This document shows, piece by piece, positions 54,733-64,000 of a stretch of 64,000 bases of DNA. The stretch is from Thermoplasmata archaeon (GTDB lineage Archaea > Thermoplasmatota > Thermoplasmata > Lutacidiplasmatales > UBA184). Position 1 is the stretch's first letter; each line of letters opens with the position of its first letter. The stretch is taken from assembly GCA_052326485.1 (NCBI GenBank), contig JBKQMS010000031.1, positions 16,904-80,903 on the forward strand. The letters are read 5' to 3'. The position numbers and the translations under genes are program-made. The notes under the pieces are model-generated. The model did no database searches, was not told the DNA's origin, and saw only the letters and a program-made list of their open reading frames with translations.

Positions 54733-56034
54733 GTGACGGGCCTCGCTCCTCGGCCTCCGGCGCAGGACCGGGCGTTCGGCCTCGAGTTCTATCAGTCCCA
54801 CACGCCCGGGTTGGCGGGCCGGACCAAAGCCTCGCCCGACGACTTCCGGGTGACCGAGATCTCGAACTATCCGATGCCCGACCCGTTGGGGGCTTTCTCG
54901 GTGCTGAGGGTCCAGAGCCGCGACTGGGAGCAGCACGAGCTCGGCCAGGCGATCGCGCGGCGCCTCGGTTTGTCCTCGACCTCGGTCCAGTGGGCGGGCA
55001 CGAAGGACCGACGAGCGGTGGCGGAGCGCCTGCTCTCGTACCGAGGACCGCTTCCGAGCGGGGAGCTCGGACTCCCCCGCGTGGTCGTCCTCGACGCGTA
55101 CACGGCCCGGGACGGTCTCGTCCTCGGACACCACTTCGGGAACGCTTTCGAGGTCCGGATCGACGAGCTCGCCGTTCCGCTGACGGAGGCCCTAGCGACG
55201 TGCCGTGCCACGGAACGGGAGCTGAAGGACGACGGGTATTGGCCTAACTTCTTCGGACCGCAGCGGTTCGGCGAGGTGCGGCCGGTGACGCACGTGGTCG
55301 GGCGAGAAGTGGTGCGGGGCGACCTGGCCGCCGCGGTCGAAACGTACTTGGTCGCGCTCCCCCCGGGGACCCCGGACGGGATCGGCGACGCGGCCCGGAG
55401 GACCTACGCGGAAACGCACGACCCGGTCCGAGCCTTGAGGGAATTTCCGAGTCACTACCGGTTCGAGCGGGCGATCCTCGAGCGTCTCGCGAGAGGGGAT
55501 CCGGCCGAGCGCGCCTTCCGCGCCCTTGACCGGGAGCTTCGCCTTCTGTTCGTTCACGCGTTCCAGGCGCTCCTGTTCAACCGGTGGACGAGCCGCCGAC
55601 ATGCGGAGGGGCTTCCGCTCGACCGCCCCCTGCCGGGGGATCGCATCCTTAGGCTCGGCCGCGACGGTACGGTCCGCAGCCAGGAAGGGATCCCCGTCTC
55701 GGCGGACAACGAGAGGGAGTGCGCGGAGCTCGTCGAGCGTCGCGGGGCGCTCCTCGCGGGACCGCTCGTCGGCTACGAGACCCCGAGCGCCGAGGGCCCC
55801 GCCGGAGCGATCTTGGAGGAGCTTCTCCGCGAAGAGGGCGTCGACCGCGCGATGTTCCGCGTCCCGGCCGCCCCCGAGGTCGCGAGCCGAGGCGCGTGGC
55901 GTCCCGCGGTCCTTCCGGTCCCCCCGCTCGGACTGAGCGCGGAGCCGACGGGTCTCTGGTTCCGTTTCGCGCTCCCGAAGGGGGCGTACGCCACCGTGCT
56001 GCTGCGCGAGTTCCTGAAGACCGGGGCCGAATAG
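54733..56034 (+). CDS. truD: tRNA pseudouridine(13) synthase TruD
   Basis: 'GTKDRRAV' TruD catalytic-Asp motif. GTG start at 54733 avoids an overlap with the upstream minus-strand ORF. Confidence 0.8.
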   Translation: MTGLAPRPPAQDRAFGLEFYQSHTPGLAGRTKASPDDFRVTEISNYPMPDPLGAFSVLRVQSRDWEQHELGQAIARRLGLSSTSVQWAGTKDRRAVAERLLSYRGPLPSGELGLPRVVVLDAYTARDGLVLGHHFGNAFEVRIDELAVPLTEALATCRATERELKDDGYWPNFFGPQRFGEVRPVTHVVGREVVRGDLAAAVETYLVALPPGTPDGIGDAARRTYAETHDPVRALREFPSHYRFERAILERLARGDPAERAFRALDRELRLLFVHAFQALLFNRWTSRRHAEGLPLDRPLPGDRILRLGRDGTVRSQEGIPVSADNERECAELVERRGALLAGPLVGYETPSAEGPAGAILEELLREEGVDRAMFRVPAAPEVASRGAWRPAVLPVPPLGLSAEPTGLWFRFALPKGAYATVLLREFLKTGAE

Positions 56035-56082
56035 CCTTCACGCCCGCGCCTCGAAACGAGGCTACTAATAGTCGACGTTCGG

Positions 56083-57030
56083 GTGGTCCACCGCCGAGAA
56101 CGGACCATCATGCCCGTGGACACTGCTCGCCCCTTTTTCGTCCCGCTGCGCACGCCGGGACCCACTCCGCTCTCCGAAGTGCCCGAGGGGGCGGCCCGCG
56201 TTCCGACCGGGGTGCCGGACTTCGATTCCCTCACCGGGGGGTTCCCGACCGGTTCCGTCGTGCTCCTCTTCGGCGAGGCCGGGTCCGGTCACCAGGAGTT
56301 CGCGCTCACCTCGGCCGTCCACTTGATGCTGCACTACGACGACCCCCGCATGCACCATTTCTATCTCGGGAGCGCGAAGGGGCCGTTCGTCTACCCTCAG
56401 GGGATCGTGTACGTGAGCACCAGCCGCTCCCGCGAGCAGGTGATCGCGGAGCTGCACGGCGCGTTCGACGTGACCTACTCGGAGGTGCTCTCGCGCCATC
56501 TGAACTTCCACGACCTTTCCCCGGCCTACTTCCAGGACACGGTCGTGCCCTCGTCGTGGGCGTCGCTCGCGAGCCCGCTCCTCTCGGGGGCTCCGGTCAG
56601 CGCCGCGCCGGACGACGGCGGCCCCCTGCGCGCGCTCGCGGACGCGATCGACCAGGACGGCCGTAAGAACCTCGTCATCGTCGATTCGCTCACCGACCTG
56701 CTCGTCCGAAGGGGCCTCGAGCCGGCGGACCTGCTCACCCTGCTCAAGGGGCTGCGCCGACGAGCGAAGGAGTGGGACGGCGTCGTCTACCTGCTGCTCT
56801 CGAAGGGGGTCGCCCCCGCCGCCGTCGAACAGGCCGTGATCGATTCGGTCGATGGGGTCCTGCACTTCAGTTGGGTCGCGAGCCCGAGCCAGTCCCATCG
56901 GCAACGAGCGATGGTGATCGACAAGTTCATGCCGATCCTCGCTCGGCTGCCGATCGAGTACCACGGACGGTTCGTGATCCGAGTGAACGCGGCGAGCGGA
57001 CTGGTGACCACACAATATGAGCGCGTCTGA
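56083..57030 (+). CDS. KaiC/RadA-like RecA-superfamily ATPase paralogue with a degenerate P-loop
   Basis: 'RVPTGVPDFDSLTGGFPTGSVVLLFGEAGSGHQEF' has GxxGxG-HQ in place of GKT/S; Walker B 'LVIVDSLTDL'. Confidence 0.65.
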   Translation: MVHRRERTIMPVDTARPFFVPLRTPGPTPLSEVPEGAARVPTGVPDFDSLTGGFPTGSVVLLFGEAGSGHQEFALTSAVHLMLHYDDPRMHHFYLGSAKGPFVYPQGIVYVSTSRSREQVIAELHGAFDVTYSEVLSRHLNFHDLSPAYFQDTVVPSSWASLASPLLSGAPVSAAPDDGGPLRALADAIDQDGRKNLVIVDSLTDLLVRRGLEPADLLTLLKGLRRRAKEWDGVVYLLLSKGVAPAAVEQAVIDSVDGVLHFSWVASPSQSHRQRAMVIDKFMPILARLPIEYHGRFVIRVNAASGLVTTQYERV

Positions 57031-57751
57031 GAAGGCGGAGAAGGGCCGGCCCCGGGTCCCGACCGGGATCTCCGGGCTGGACGAGATGCTCGGGGGCGGG
57101 TTCCCCGCGGGTCACGTGGTCCTGGTTACCGGCCTCCCCGGCACCGGGAAGACCTGCTTCGGCCTCCAGTTCCTGATGGCCGGCGCGACCGCCGGGGAGA
57201 AGGGTGTCTTCCTCTCGCTCGAAGAGGACGTCGCTCCGCTCCTCGAGAGCGCTCGCATCTTCCACTGGCCGGTCGACGCCGCGGTCAGCGGGGGGACGCT
57301 CAAGATCCTTCGGATCGACCCCAAGGAGACCCGGCAGAGCCTCCACCGGATCCAGGGGGAGCTTGGGAAGGAGCTCACCGGCCTCGGCGCCCAGCGGATC
57401 GTCGTCGACTCGGTTTCCCTGCTCAACATGCTGAGCGACGACGAACCCGGCCGCCGATCGACGCTCTTCGCCCTCGCCGCCGCGTGCCGGGAGAGCGGTG
57501 CGACGACCGTGCTCACGGCGGAAGCCGACCCGCTCCATCCCGAGGTCAGCCGCGACGGGCTCAGCGAGTACGTCGCCGACGGGGTCCTCCTGCTCGGCTA
57601 CCGCACCGGGCCCGACGGGCACCGGGTGGGCCTCTCCCTTCGGGTGCTCAAGATGCGGCGGACCGCACACGCCCGCTCCGTCCAGCCGTACTCCATCGGC
57701 GCGAACGGGATCGCGGTGGACGCGAAGGCCGTCGACTTCGGCGGACCGTAG
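57017..57751 (+). CDS. KaiC/RadA-like RecA-superfamily ATPase (canonical Walker A)
   Basis: 'RVPTGISGLDEMLGGGFPAGHVVLVTGLPGTGKT'; Walker B 'RIVVDSVSLL'. Overlaps the previous gene by 14 nt. Confidence 0.75.
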   Translation: MSASEKAEKGRPRVPTGISGLDEMLGGGFPAGHVVLVTGLPGTGKTCFGLQFLMAGATAGEKGVFLSLEEDVAPLLESARIFHWPVDAAVSGGTLKILRIDPKETRQSLHRIQGELGKELTGLGAQRIVVDSVSLLNMLSDDEPGRRSTLFALAAACRESGATTVLTAEADPLHPEVSRDGLSEYVADGVLLLGYRTGPDGHRVGLSLRVLKMRRTAHARSVQPYSIGANGIAVDAKAVDFGGP

Positions 57752-57823
57752 TTCCCCCCTCGTGTCGGGGTCCGTCCGCGCCTCTTAGTACGCCTTCACC
57801 TTCGGAGGCGCGACCGCGCTCCT

Positions 57824-58984
57824 ATGCCGCCCACCGAGCGTCCACGAGATCTCCCGGTTCGGGCGACGCTTCCCGGGATCCCCCCACCGGACCGGGCGAC
57901 ACCGTCCTGGGTGCTGTACGTCGACCTCGATGCCTACTACGTCTCCTGCGAGCTTCGTGAACGGCCCGAGCTCAAGGGTCGGCCCGTGATCGTCGGACCC
58001 CCGCCGGCCGAAGGCCCGACCCGAGGCGTGGTGCTCTCGGCCAGCTACGAGGCGAGACCGTCCGGAGTCCGGAGCGCCATGCCGGCCGCCCAGGCGGCGA
58101 GGCTGTGTCCCGAAGCGGTCTGGATCCCACCGGATTTCGAAAAGTACGAGCGGGTCGCCCGAGACGTTCGCGCCGTACTGCGACGCCACTCGCCCACGGT
58201 GATCCCCTACAGCATCGACGAGGCCGCGGTGGTCGTACGCGGGGTCGATGCTGCGGAGGCCCGGCGCATCGCCGGGACGATCCAGAAGGAGCTCCTCGAG
58301 GAGCTGGCGCTTCCCGCCTCGGTCGGCGTCGCGACCTCTCGGGTGATCGCCAAGATCGCGACGGACCGAGCGAAGCCCGCGGGCATCCGCGTGGTCCTTC
58401 CCGAGGAGGCGGCCGCCTTCCTCGCGCCGCTTCCCGTCCGAGCCATCCCCGGAGTGGGTCCGAAGACCGAGGAGATCCTCCACGGCCGGGGGATCCAGAC
58501 GATCGGGGACCTGGCGGGACGAAAGCCCTCCGAGCTCGCCCGCGCCCTCGGCTCGTTCGCGGGGGAGCTCGTCGCCCTCGCGCGCGGCGAGCCCCGGGAG
58601 GAGCCCGAGGCGTCGGACGAGCCCCGGTCGCGCTCGACCGACCACACGTTCGCGCGCGACGTGGACCAGTGGGAGGAGGTCGAGGCGACGGTCCGCACCC
58701 TCGCCGGCGAGCTCGCCGGGGCCCTCGGCCGCGAGAACCTCCGCTACGGGACCGTGGGCGTGGCCTTCCGGTGGGCCGACTTCTCGCGCTCCCAGCGGAG
58801 CCGTTCCCTCGGGGCGGCGCGCGAAGGGGCCGTCCCGCTCGCCGAGGCCGCCGTCCGTCTCGCCCGCGAGCTCTGGGAATCCGAGCGTTCCTCGCGGCGC
58901 CGAACGGTACGCACGGTGTCGGTGCGGACCGAGCGGTTCGTCCCGCGAACGCAGCGACAGGTCTTCCTCGACGACTTCCGGTGA
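57824..58984 (+). CDS. dinB: DNA polymerase IV (Y-family, Dbh/Dpo4-like)
   Basis: 'VLYVDLDAYYVSCE', 'SIDEAA', 'ASVGVATSRVIAKIAT', and HhH 'IPGVGPKT'. Confidence 0.85.
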   Translation: MPPTERPRDLPVRATLPGIPPPDRATPSWVLYVDLDAYYVSCELRERPELKGRPVIVGPPPAEGPTRGVVLSASYEARPSGVRSAMPAAQAARLCPEAVWIPPDFEKYERVARDVRAVLRRHSPTVIPYSIDEAAVVVRGVDAAEARRIAGTIQKELLEELALPASVGVATSRVIAKIATDRAKPAGIRVVLPEEAAAFLAPLPVRAIPGVGPKTEEILHGRGIQTIGDLAGRKPSELARALGSFAGELVALARGEPREEPEASDEPRSRSTDHTFARDVDQWEEVEATVRTLAGELAGALGRENLRYGTVGVAFRWADFSRSQRSRSLGAAREGAVPLAEAAVRLARELWESERSSRRRTVRTVSVRTERFVPRTQRQVFLDDFR

Positions 58985-59046
58985 GCTCGACCCGGAGGGA
59001 GTTAAGTACGTTCGGTCGACTTCGACACGCCGGCGCGTGAGCCCTC

Positions 59047-60408
59047 GTGACCGAACCCGCCCATGCTCCTCCCGCCCGAGACCCCCTCCGTGGGGAGACG
59101 GACGCCCCTATCGTCAGCTCGCGTCTTGGTGTCCCGATCCCGGCGTACCAGGGTCGTTCGCTCCCGAACCTGTCGTCCTCCTTGGCGGCCGCGCTCGGGC
59201 GCCGGGACGACGAATCGCCCCCGTTGCCTCCCCTCGAAGCCGACCTCGACCCGTTCGAGGGCCGGAGGGCGGAGGGTCCGGTAGTGGTCTTCCTGGTCGA
59301 TGGTCTCGGCTGGTCATCGCTCCTCGCTTCCGCCGACCGGGTCCCCGAGGGCACGGCCGCGAGGTGGGTCCGCCGAGCGGGGCCGCTCACCTCGGTGTTC
59401 CCGACCACTACCACGATCGCGCTCACCAGCCTCTCGACCGGTGCGGCTCCCGGCCAGCACGGGGTCGTGGGGCACCGCGTCTACCTGCCGCACTTCGGCA
59501 CCGTGGTGGAGGTCCTACGGATGTCCCCGATCGGCGTGGCCGCCGCGGAAACTTTGGTGGGTCCGGACTGGTCCCCCGGGCTCCTCTCCGCGGTCCCCAG
59601 CATCTTCCGCCGGGGGATCCCGGGCGTGGCCATTTCGCGGGACCAGTTCGAGGGGACCGGCTTCACGCGTCTCATCTACGATGGCGCGACGTTCGTGGGC
59701 TACTTCACCGAAAGCGACCTCGCGCTGTCGCTCGTCACCGTCCTCTCCCGCCCCGACCCTCCTCCGCTCGTGTTTGCGTATTGGGACGACCTCGACCTCG
59801 CGCACCACCTGCGGGGACCCCAACACGAGTTCGTCGACCTCGAGCTGAAGCGGGTCGAGTCCGTCCTCTCGTACACCGCCCGACATCTGGGACCGGACCT
59901 CGCGCGCCGGACAACGGTCGTCGTGACGGGAGACCACGGGCAGGTCCCGATGGAGACGGACCGATTGCTCGCCGTCGACCGCGAGCCGTCGCTCCTCGAA
60001 CACATGTCCCGACCGCCCGCGGGCGACCGTCGTGCGGCCTACTTCTCAGCTCGACCCGGCCATCTCCCCGCCCTCCGCGAGGCCCTCGAGGCGCGCCTGC
60101 CGGCAGGCGGTCACCTCATCGGAATGCCCGACGCGGTCGAGGGCGGGCTCTACGGTCCTCCCCCGTTCCACTCCGAACTGGCGGAGCGGCTCGGAGACCT
60201 GCTCCTCCTATTGCCCAATCCAGGGGGCGTGACCTACTCCGTTCCCGGCACGCGACCCCGCCGGCACCCGATGCGGGGGGCCCACGGGGGCCTCGAGCCC
60301 GAGGAGCTCTTCGTGCCGCTCATCCGTGCCCCGCTCTCCGAGCTCGTCGCCGGGTCCTCCCGGACCCCTCATCTACCATCCGGACCTCCCGCGAGGGAGG
60401 GAACGTGA
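59047..60408 (+). CDS. alkaline-phosphatase-superfamily protein (type I phosphodiesterase / nucleotide pyrophosphatase-like)
   Basis: 'VVFLVDGLGWS', 'FPTTTT' (nucleophile Thr) and 'VVTGDHG' metal ligands. Confidence 0.7.
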   Translation: MTEPAHAPPARDPLRGETDAPIVSSRLGVPIPAYQGRSLPNLSSSLAAALGRRDDESPPLPPLEADLDPFEGRRAEGPVVVFLVDGLGWSSLLASADRVPEGTAARWVRRAGPLTSVFPTTTTIALTSLSTGAAPGQHGVVGHRVYLPHFGTVVEVLRMSPIGVAAAETLVGPDWSPGLLSAVPSIFRRGIPGVAISRDQFEGTGFTRLIYDGATFVGYFTESDLALSLVTVLSRPDPPPLVFAYWDDLDLAHHLRGPQHEFVDLELKRVESVLSYTARHLGPDLARRTTVVVTGDHGQVPMETDRLLAVDREPSLLEHMSRPPAGDRRAAYFSARPGHLPALREALEARLPAGGHLIGMPDAVEGGLYGPPPFHSELAERLGDLLLLLPNPGGVTYSVPGTRPRRHPMRGAHGGLEPEELFVPLIRAPLSELVAGSSRTPHLPSGPPAREGT

Positions 60409-61424
60409 CCGAGTTCCGTCGCGACCCGATCACCGGACGTTCCGCGATCATCGTCCCCGGCCGGAGCGCACGGCCCAACGACCACGCCGTAGCACCGCCC
60501 TCGACCCCGAACGAGCCCGACTGCCCGTTCTGCGAAGGGAACGAGTCGCGGACTCCTTCTGAGGTCGCCGTGGCCGCGCCGCCGGGCCGCCGACCGAACG
60601 AGCGGGGCTGGTACGTGCGCACCATCCCGAACCGGTTCCCCACGGTCGCCCCTGAGACCTCAGGACCCGGCCCGACCGATGGGTCGTCCGGATTCGAGCG
60701 TCGTCCGGCGTTCGGCTACCATGAGGTCGTCATCGAGAGCCCGTCCCATGCGCCGCTGCTCGCGTTCCTGCCCCGCGAGCAGGTCCTCCGCGTGATTCGG
60801 ATGTGCCGCGACCGGGTCCGCCGTCTTTCCGAGAACGCTCACGTGGGCTCCATCACCCTTTTCGAGAACGCCGGACCGGAGTCGGGGGGCTCGCTCTGGC
60901 ACCCCCACGCTCAGCTCGTCACGGTCCCCGAGCTCGCCCCGGCGCTCCGGGAGGAGATGGAGGGTGCGGAGCGATACCGGCAGCGGGTGGGCGCTGAGTG
61001 CGCGTTCGAGGAGGCCGCGGCCGCCGAGGTCCGGGACGGATCGCGTGTGCTGTTCGACTCGGGCCAACTCCTCGCCTACGCTCCGTTTGCTTCTGCCTAC
61101 CCATTCGAGGTCCGGGTCGTCCCGCACCGGCACGCGCCCTCGTTCGGCGAGGCGACCGACGACGAGGCGGACGCGCTGGCCAACCGTCTGCCCGCCATTC
61201 TGCGCGCCCTCCAGGTGGTCCTGCCCGGGGCCTCGTACAACTTCGTCGTACGGTCCCCGGTCGCTCCCGCACCGGCGTACGACCGATATCACTGGCACCT
61301 CGACCTGTACCCTCGCCTCGTCCGCCCGGACGGCTTCGACCTCGGCTCCGGGTTCCCCGTGAACACGGTGACCCCCGAGGACGCCGCCGAGGCGCTGCGG
61401 GCCGCGATGGGCGCAAAACGCTAA
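60405..61424 (+). CDS. galT: galactose-1-phosphate uridylyltransferase-like (GalT/HIT family, class I)
   Basis: Zn site 'CPFCEGNE', 'NRFP', and HxHxQ active site 'WHPHAQL'. GTG start overlaps the upstream stop (GTGA). Confidence 0.75.
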   Translation: MTEFRRDPITGRSAIIVPGRSARPNDHAVAPPSTPNEPDCPFCEGNESRTPSEVAVAAPPGRRPNERGWYVRTIPNRFPTVAPETSGPGPTDGSSGFERRPAFGYHEVVIESPSHAPLLAFLPREQVLRVIRMCRDRVRRLSENAHVGSITLFENAGPESGGSLWHPHAQLVTVPELAPALREEMEGAERYRQRVGAECAFEEAAAAEVRDGSRVLFDSGQLLAYAPFASAYPFEVRVVPHRHAPSFGEATDDEADALANRLPAILRALQVVLPGASYNFVVRSPVAPAPAYDRYHWHLDLYPRLVRPDGFDLGSGFPVNTVTPEDAAEALRAAMGAKR

Positions 61425-61449
61425 TGGCCGACGACCGGTCCGAGCGGTC

Positions 61450-63213
61450 GTGGGCGAGCTGAGGGAGCCGATCGTCTCGCTGCTCGGGCACGTCGATCAC
61501 GGCAAGACGACGTTGCTCGACCGGATCGCGGGGAGCGTGCGCGCCGCGAAGGAGCCCGGCGGGATCACCCAGCACATCGGCGCCATCGAGGTGCCCGGCT
61601 CGACCGTCCGCCGCCTCTGCGAGGGGGTCCTCCGGAACGAGCAGTTGCGGCTCCCCGGACTGCTCTTCGTCGACACGCCCGGACACCGCTCGTTCGAGAC
61701 CCTCCGGCGGCGTGGAGGGGCGCTCGCGGACCTCGCGATCCTGGTGATCGACGTACGGGAGGGGGTCATGCCCCAGACCCGCGAGTCGGTCCAGATCCTT
61801 CGGCGCGAGAAGACCCCGTTCGCGGTCGCGCTCACGAAGATCGACCTCCTCGGAGGCTGGCGGAAGCCCGTCGGTCCGCTACCGCTCCTCGAGGCGATCC
61901 ATCGTTCGGCGCCCGACTTCCAGAAGCTCCTCGACCAGCGCGTCTATTCCGTCGCCGAAGAGCTCGACCACTTGGGCTTCAGCGCCGAGCGCTTCGACCG
62001 GGTCAGCGACTTCACCCGGAACGTGGGGATCATGCCGGTATCGGCGAAGACCGGTGTCGGCGTCCCCGAGCTGATCGCGCTCCTGGTGGGCCTCTCCCAA
62101 CGGTTCCTCGAAGGCGAGCTCGAGCTCATCACGGAGGGCGGGGAGGCGACGATCCTCGAGCGGAGCGACCAGAAAGGGGTCGGTCCGGTCGGCAACGTCA
62201 TCATTTACCGTGGCCGGCTCAAGGTCGGCGACGAGATCGTCGCGACCGGACGCGAGGAGCCGTTCGCCACCCGGATCCGCGGGATCTATCGACCGGTCCC
62301 GCTCAAAGAGGGTCGCACCTCGAAGCAGGTTCGTCTCGCCTCCCTATCGGAGGTGCAGGCCGCGGCGGGAGTGTACCTGGCAGCGACGGGGATCGAGGAG
62401 GCGATGCCGGGCGGCCTCCTCAAGGTCGTCCGAAGCGAGGAAGAGAAGGCCCGCGTCATCGAAGAGCTCGCGCGGGAAAGCCAGCCGGTCGCGGAGGTTG
62501 CGCTCAGCGGCGTCGCGATCTACGCCGACACGCTCGGGGGCCTCGAGGCGCTGGCGTTCGAGTGCCGAGAGCGGGGCATCCCCATCCACGAGGCCGGGGT
62601 CGGGCCCGTGGGCCGACCGACCGTCATGCGAATGGCGATCGTGAAGGACCCCACCCATCGGGCGGTCCTCGCGTTCGCGGTCCCGATCCTTCCCGACGCC
62701 ATCCCCGAGGGCGAGGCCGCCTCGGTCCGCGTCTTTCGCGCCGACGTGATGTACCGGCTCATCGAGGAGTACGACGCCTGGCGGACCGAGCGGAAGCGGG
62801 AGCTCGAGGTCCAGCGCCGGCTCGAGCACGTGCACCCCGCCAAACTCGAGGTCCTCCCCGGGTTCGTCTTCCGCGCCTCGAAACCCGCGATCGTCGGCAT
62901 CAAGGTGCGCGGGGGGACGTTGCGACCGGGCGTACGGCTCATGCATCTGGACGGCACGGAGGTGGGCGTGCTGAAGTCGCTCCAGAAGGAGGGCGAGTCG
63001 GTGACCGAGGCCGAGGAGAACGCGGAGCTCGCCGCGTCGATTGACGGCGCGGTCATCGGTCGGAACCTGAAGGAAGGAGACGTCCTGGTCGTGTCGCTCT
63101 CCGAGAGCGCCGCGCGGGCCCTCCGGGGTCAGCCGCTCTCCCCGTCCGAACAGGCGATCTTGGACGAGGTCGTCCGCCTCCACCGAGCGACCCACCCCTT
63201 CTGGGGGCAATAG
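61450..63213 (+). CDS. infB: translation initiation factor aIF5B (IF-2)
   Basis: 'PIVSLLGHVDHGKTTLLD', 'DTPGH', 'TKID'. About 587 aa with domains II-IV. Confidence 0.9.
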   Translation: MGELREPIVSLLGHVDHGKTTLLDRIAGSVRAAKEPGGITQHIGAIEVPGSTVRRLCEGVLRNEQLRLPGLLFVDTPGHRSFETLRRRGGALADLAILVIDVREGVMPQTRESVQILRREKTPFAVALTKIDLLGGWRKPVGPLPLLEAIHRSAPDFQKLLDQRVYSVAEELDHLGFSAERFDRVSDFTRNVGIMPVSAKTGVGVPELIALLVGLSQRFLEGELELITEGGEATILERSDQKGVGPVGNVIIYRGRLKVGDEIVATGREEPFATRIRGIYRPVPLKEGRTSKQVRLASLSEVQAAAGVYLAATGIEEAMPGGLLKVVRSEEEKARVIEELARESQPVAEVALSGVAIYADTLGGLEALAFECRERGIPIHEAGVGPVGRPTVMRMAIVKDPTHRAVLAFAVPILPDAIPEGEAASVRVFRADVMYRLIEEYDAWRTERKRELEVQRRLEHVHPAKLEVLPGFVFRASKPAIVGIKVRGGTLRPGVRLMHLDGTEVGVLKSLQKEGESVTEAEENAELAASIDGAVIGRNLKEGDVLVVSLSESAARALRGQPLSPSEQAILDEVVRLHRATHPFWGQ

Positions 63214-63235
63214 TCGGTCGAACGGGAGCGGCGCC

Positions 63236-63862
63236 CTACCGGCGCCGTTCGCCGCGGTCGGAATCCCAATCCTCTGGGGGAAGGCTGGGATGGCGGACCG
63301 CCGCAACCTCGACGTCCGGGTCCGGATACACCCCTGCGGGCAGGAAGAGGCCCAGGAAGAGCGCGATCCCACCGATCGTGAGGAGCGCGACCCCACCGGT
63401 GGCGATCAGCCCCCACCCCCACGCGGGGAACGGCGCCGTCGGAGCGAAGCTGATCGAGAACATCGCGGAGAACCTCAGCGAGAGGTTCCCGGGGTTCGCT
63501 GCGAGGAGGATGTAGAGGGAGGCGTTGGACGGAACGACGGTCCCCTGGCCGGAGGTCGCCGCCGACCATCTGAGGACGGCGGACCCGGTCCGGCAGGGCC
63601 CGAACGGACCGACGCAGCTCGTCACCGGCCACAGGGAGACGTTGGCGGGCGAGCTTGCCGTCCACGACAGCGCGATCGAGCCCGCGCCGGGGGTCGGCCC
63701 GGAGACGATCCATGTCTCGTTCGAGTGGGGAGCGAGGTCGGGGTCCTGGGAGCTGACCTGGCTCGTGTTCGCCGAACCCGATGAGAGGAAGACTAGGGTG
63801 AGGATCAGCCCCACCCCGAGCACCGCGATGATGGTTCCGAGAACGACCAGTCCGGTGCGCAC
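63236..63862 (-). CDS. hypothetical membrane protein (N- and C-terminal TM helices, N-x-S/T-rich ectodomain)
   Basis: 'LVVLGTIIAVLGVGLILTLVFL' and 'GLIATGGVALLTIGGIALFLGLFL'. Confidence 0.5.
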   Translation of the reverse strand: MRTGLVVLGTIIAVLGVGLILTLVFLSSGSANTSQVSSQDPDLAPHSNETWIVSGPTPGAGSIALSWTASSPANVSLWPVTSCVGPFGPCRTGSAVLRWSAATSGQGTVVPSNASLYILLAANPGNLSLRFSAMFSISFAPTAPFPAWGWGLIATGGVALLTIGGIALFLGLFLPAGVYPDPDVEVAAVRHPSLPPEDWDSDRGERRR

Positions 63863-63933
63863 GGAAGGCCGGAGAGGGGCTCTCCCAATAGACTTACGGG
63901 ACTAACGAAGCCCGCCGGTCCTCGGTGAGGGGC

Positions 63934-63942
63934 GTATATACT
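63934..63942. promoter_or_regulatory. TATA-like box 'GTATATACT'
   Basis: AT-rich element about 70 nt upstream of the minus-strand membrane-protein ATG. It may also serve a gene beyond the window edge. Confidence 0.25.
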
Positions 63943-64000
63943 CGCGACCCGTACGTGCGATGCCGTGACAGAGGCCGGGGAAGGGTCGACTTCCCACGGG

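Noticed and set aside
1-64000. CRISPR arrays, IS elements, integrases and prophage-like genes
   Set aside because: No direct-repeat/spacer periodicity and no transposase, integrase or phage structural motifs. The window looks like core chromosome rather than an accessory island.

Overview
This is a 64-kb, high-GC (about 68-70%), densely coding window that is clearly archaeal. It carries a thermosome subunit, a Hel308 helicase, a truncated Orc1/Cdc6, glycerol-1-phosphate dehydrogenase, aIF5B, TruD, a beta-CASP RNase, an NFACT/Rqc2 homologue and the smc-scpA-scpB operon. Almost all of it is housekeeping: LeuRS, QueE, Dcd, a split glycine-cleavage P-protein (gcvPA/PB), PFK, MtnA, NadK, an IMPase-like phosphatase, a Y-family DNA polymerase, MFS transporters, GNATs and glycosyltransferases. 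Many genes are translationally coupled through ATGA or GTGA overlaps. No CRISPR arrays, IS elements, integrases or rRNA were seen. The strongest signals are listed below.
- A probable tRNA-Pro(UGG) on the minus strand carries a roughly 35-nt insertion in the D-loop, consistent with a non-canonical intron.
- Two adjacent KaiC/RadA-like ATPases, one with a lysine-less P-loop, sit just upstream of DinB.
- An IMPase-like gene and a NadK gene overlap and NadK has no ATG, which resembles a split bifunctional NADP-phosphatase/NAD-kinase.
- A secreted S53 sedolisin ends in a C-terminal TM helix and a Zn-ribbon.
- A large YVTN/Kelch surface protein is followed by a membrane-tethered winged-helix regulator.
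- An alkaline-phosphatase-family gene is GTGA-coupled to a GalT-like gene.
- A 440-bp GC-rich non-coding block with perfect hairpins lies next to a 50-aa hydrophobic ORF.
- The NFACT gene and a Zn-ribbon gene overlap convergently by about 200 bp.
Many long alternative-frame ORFs in the six-frame track are GC-driven artefacts and were rejected.
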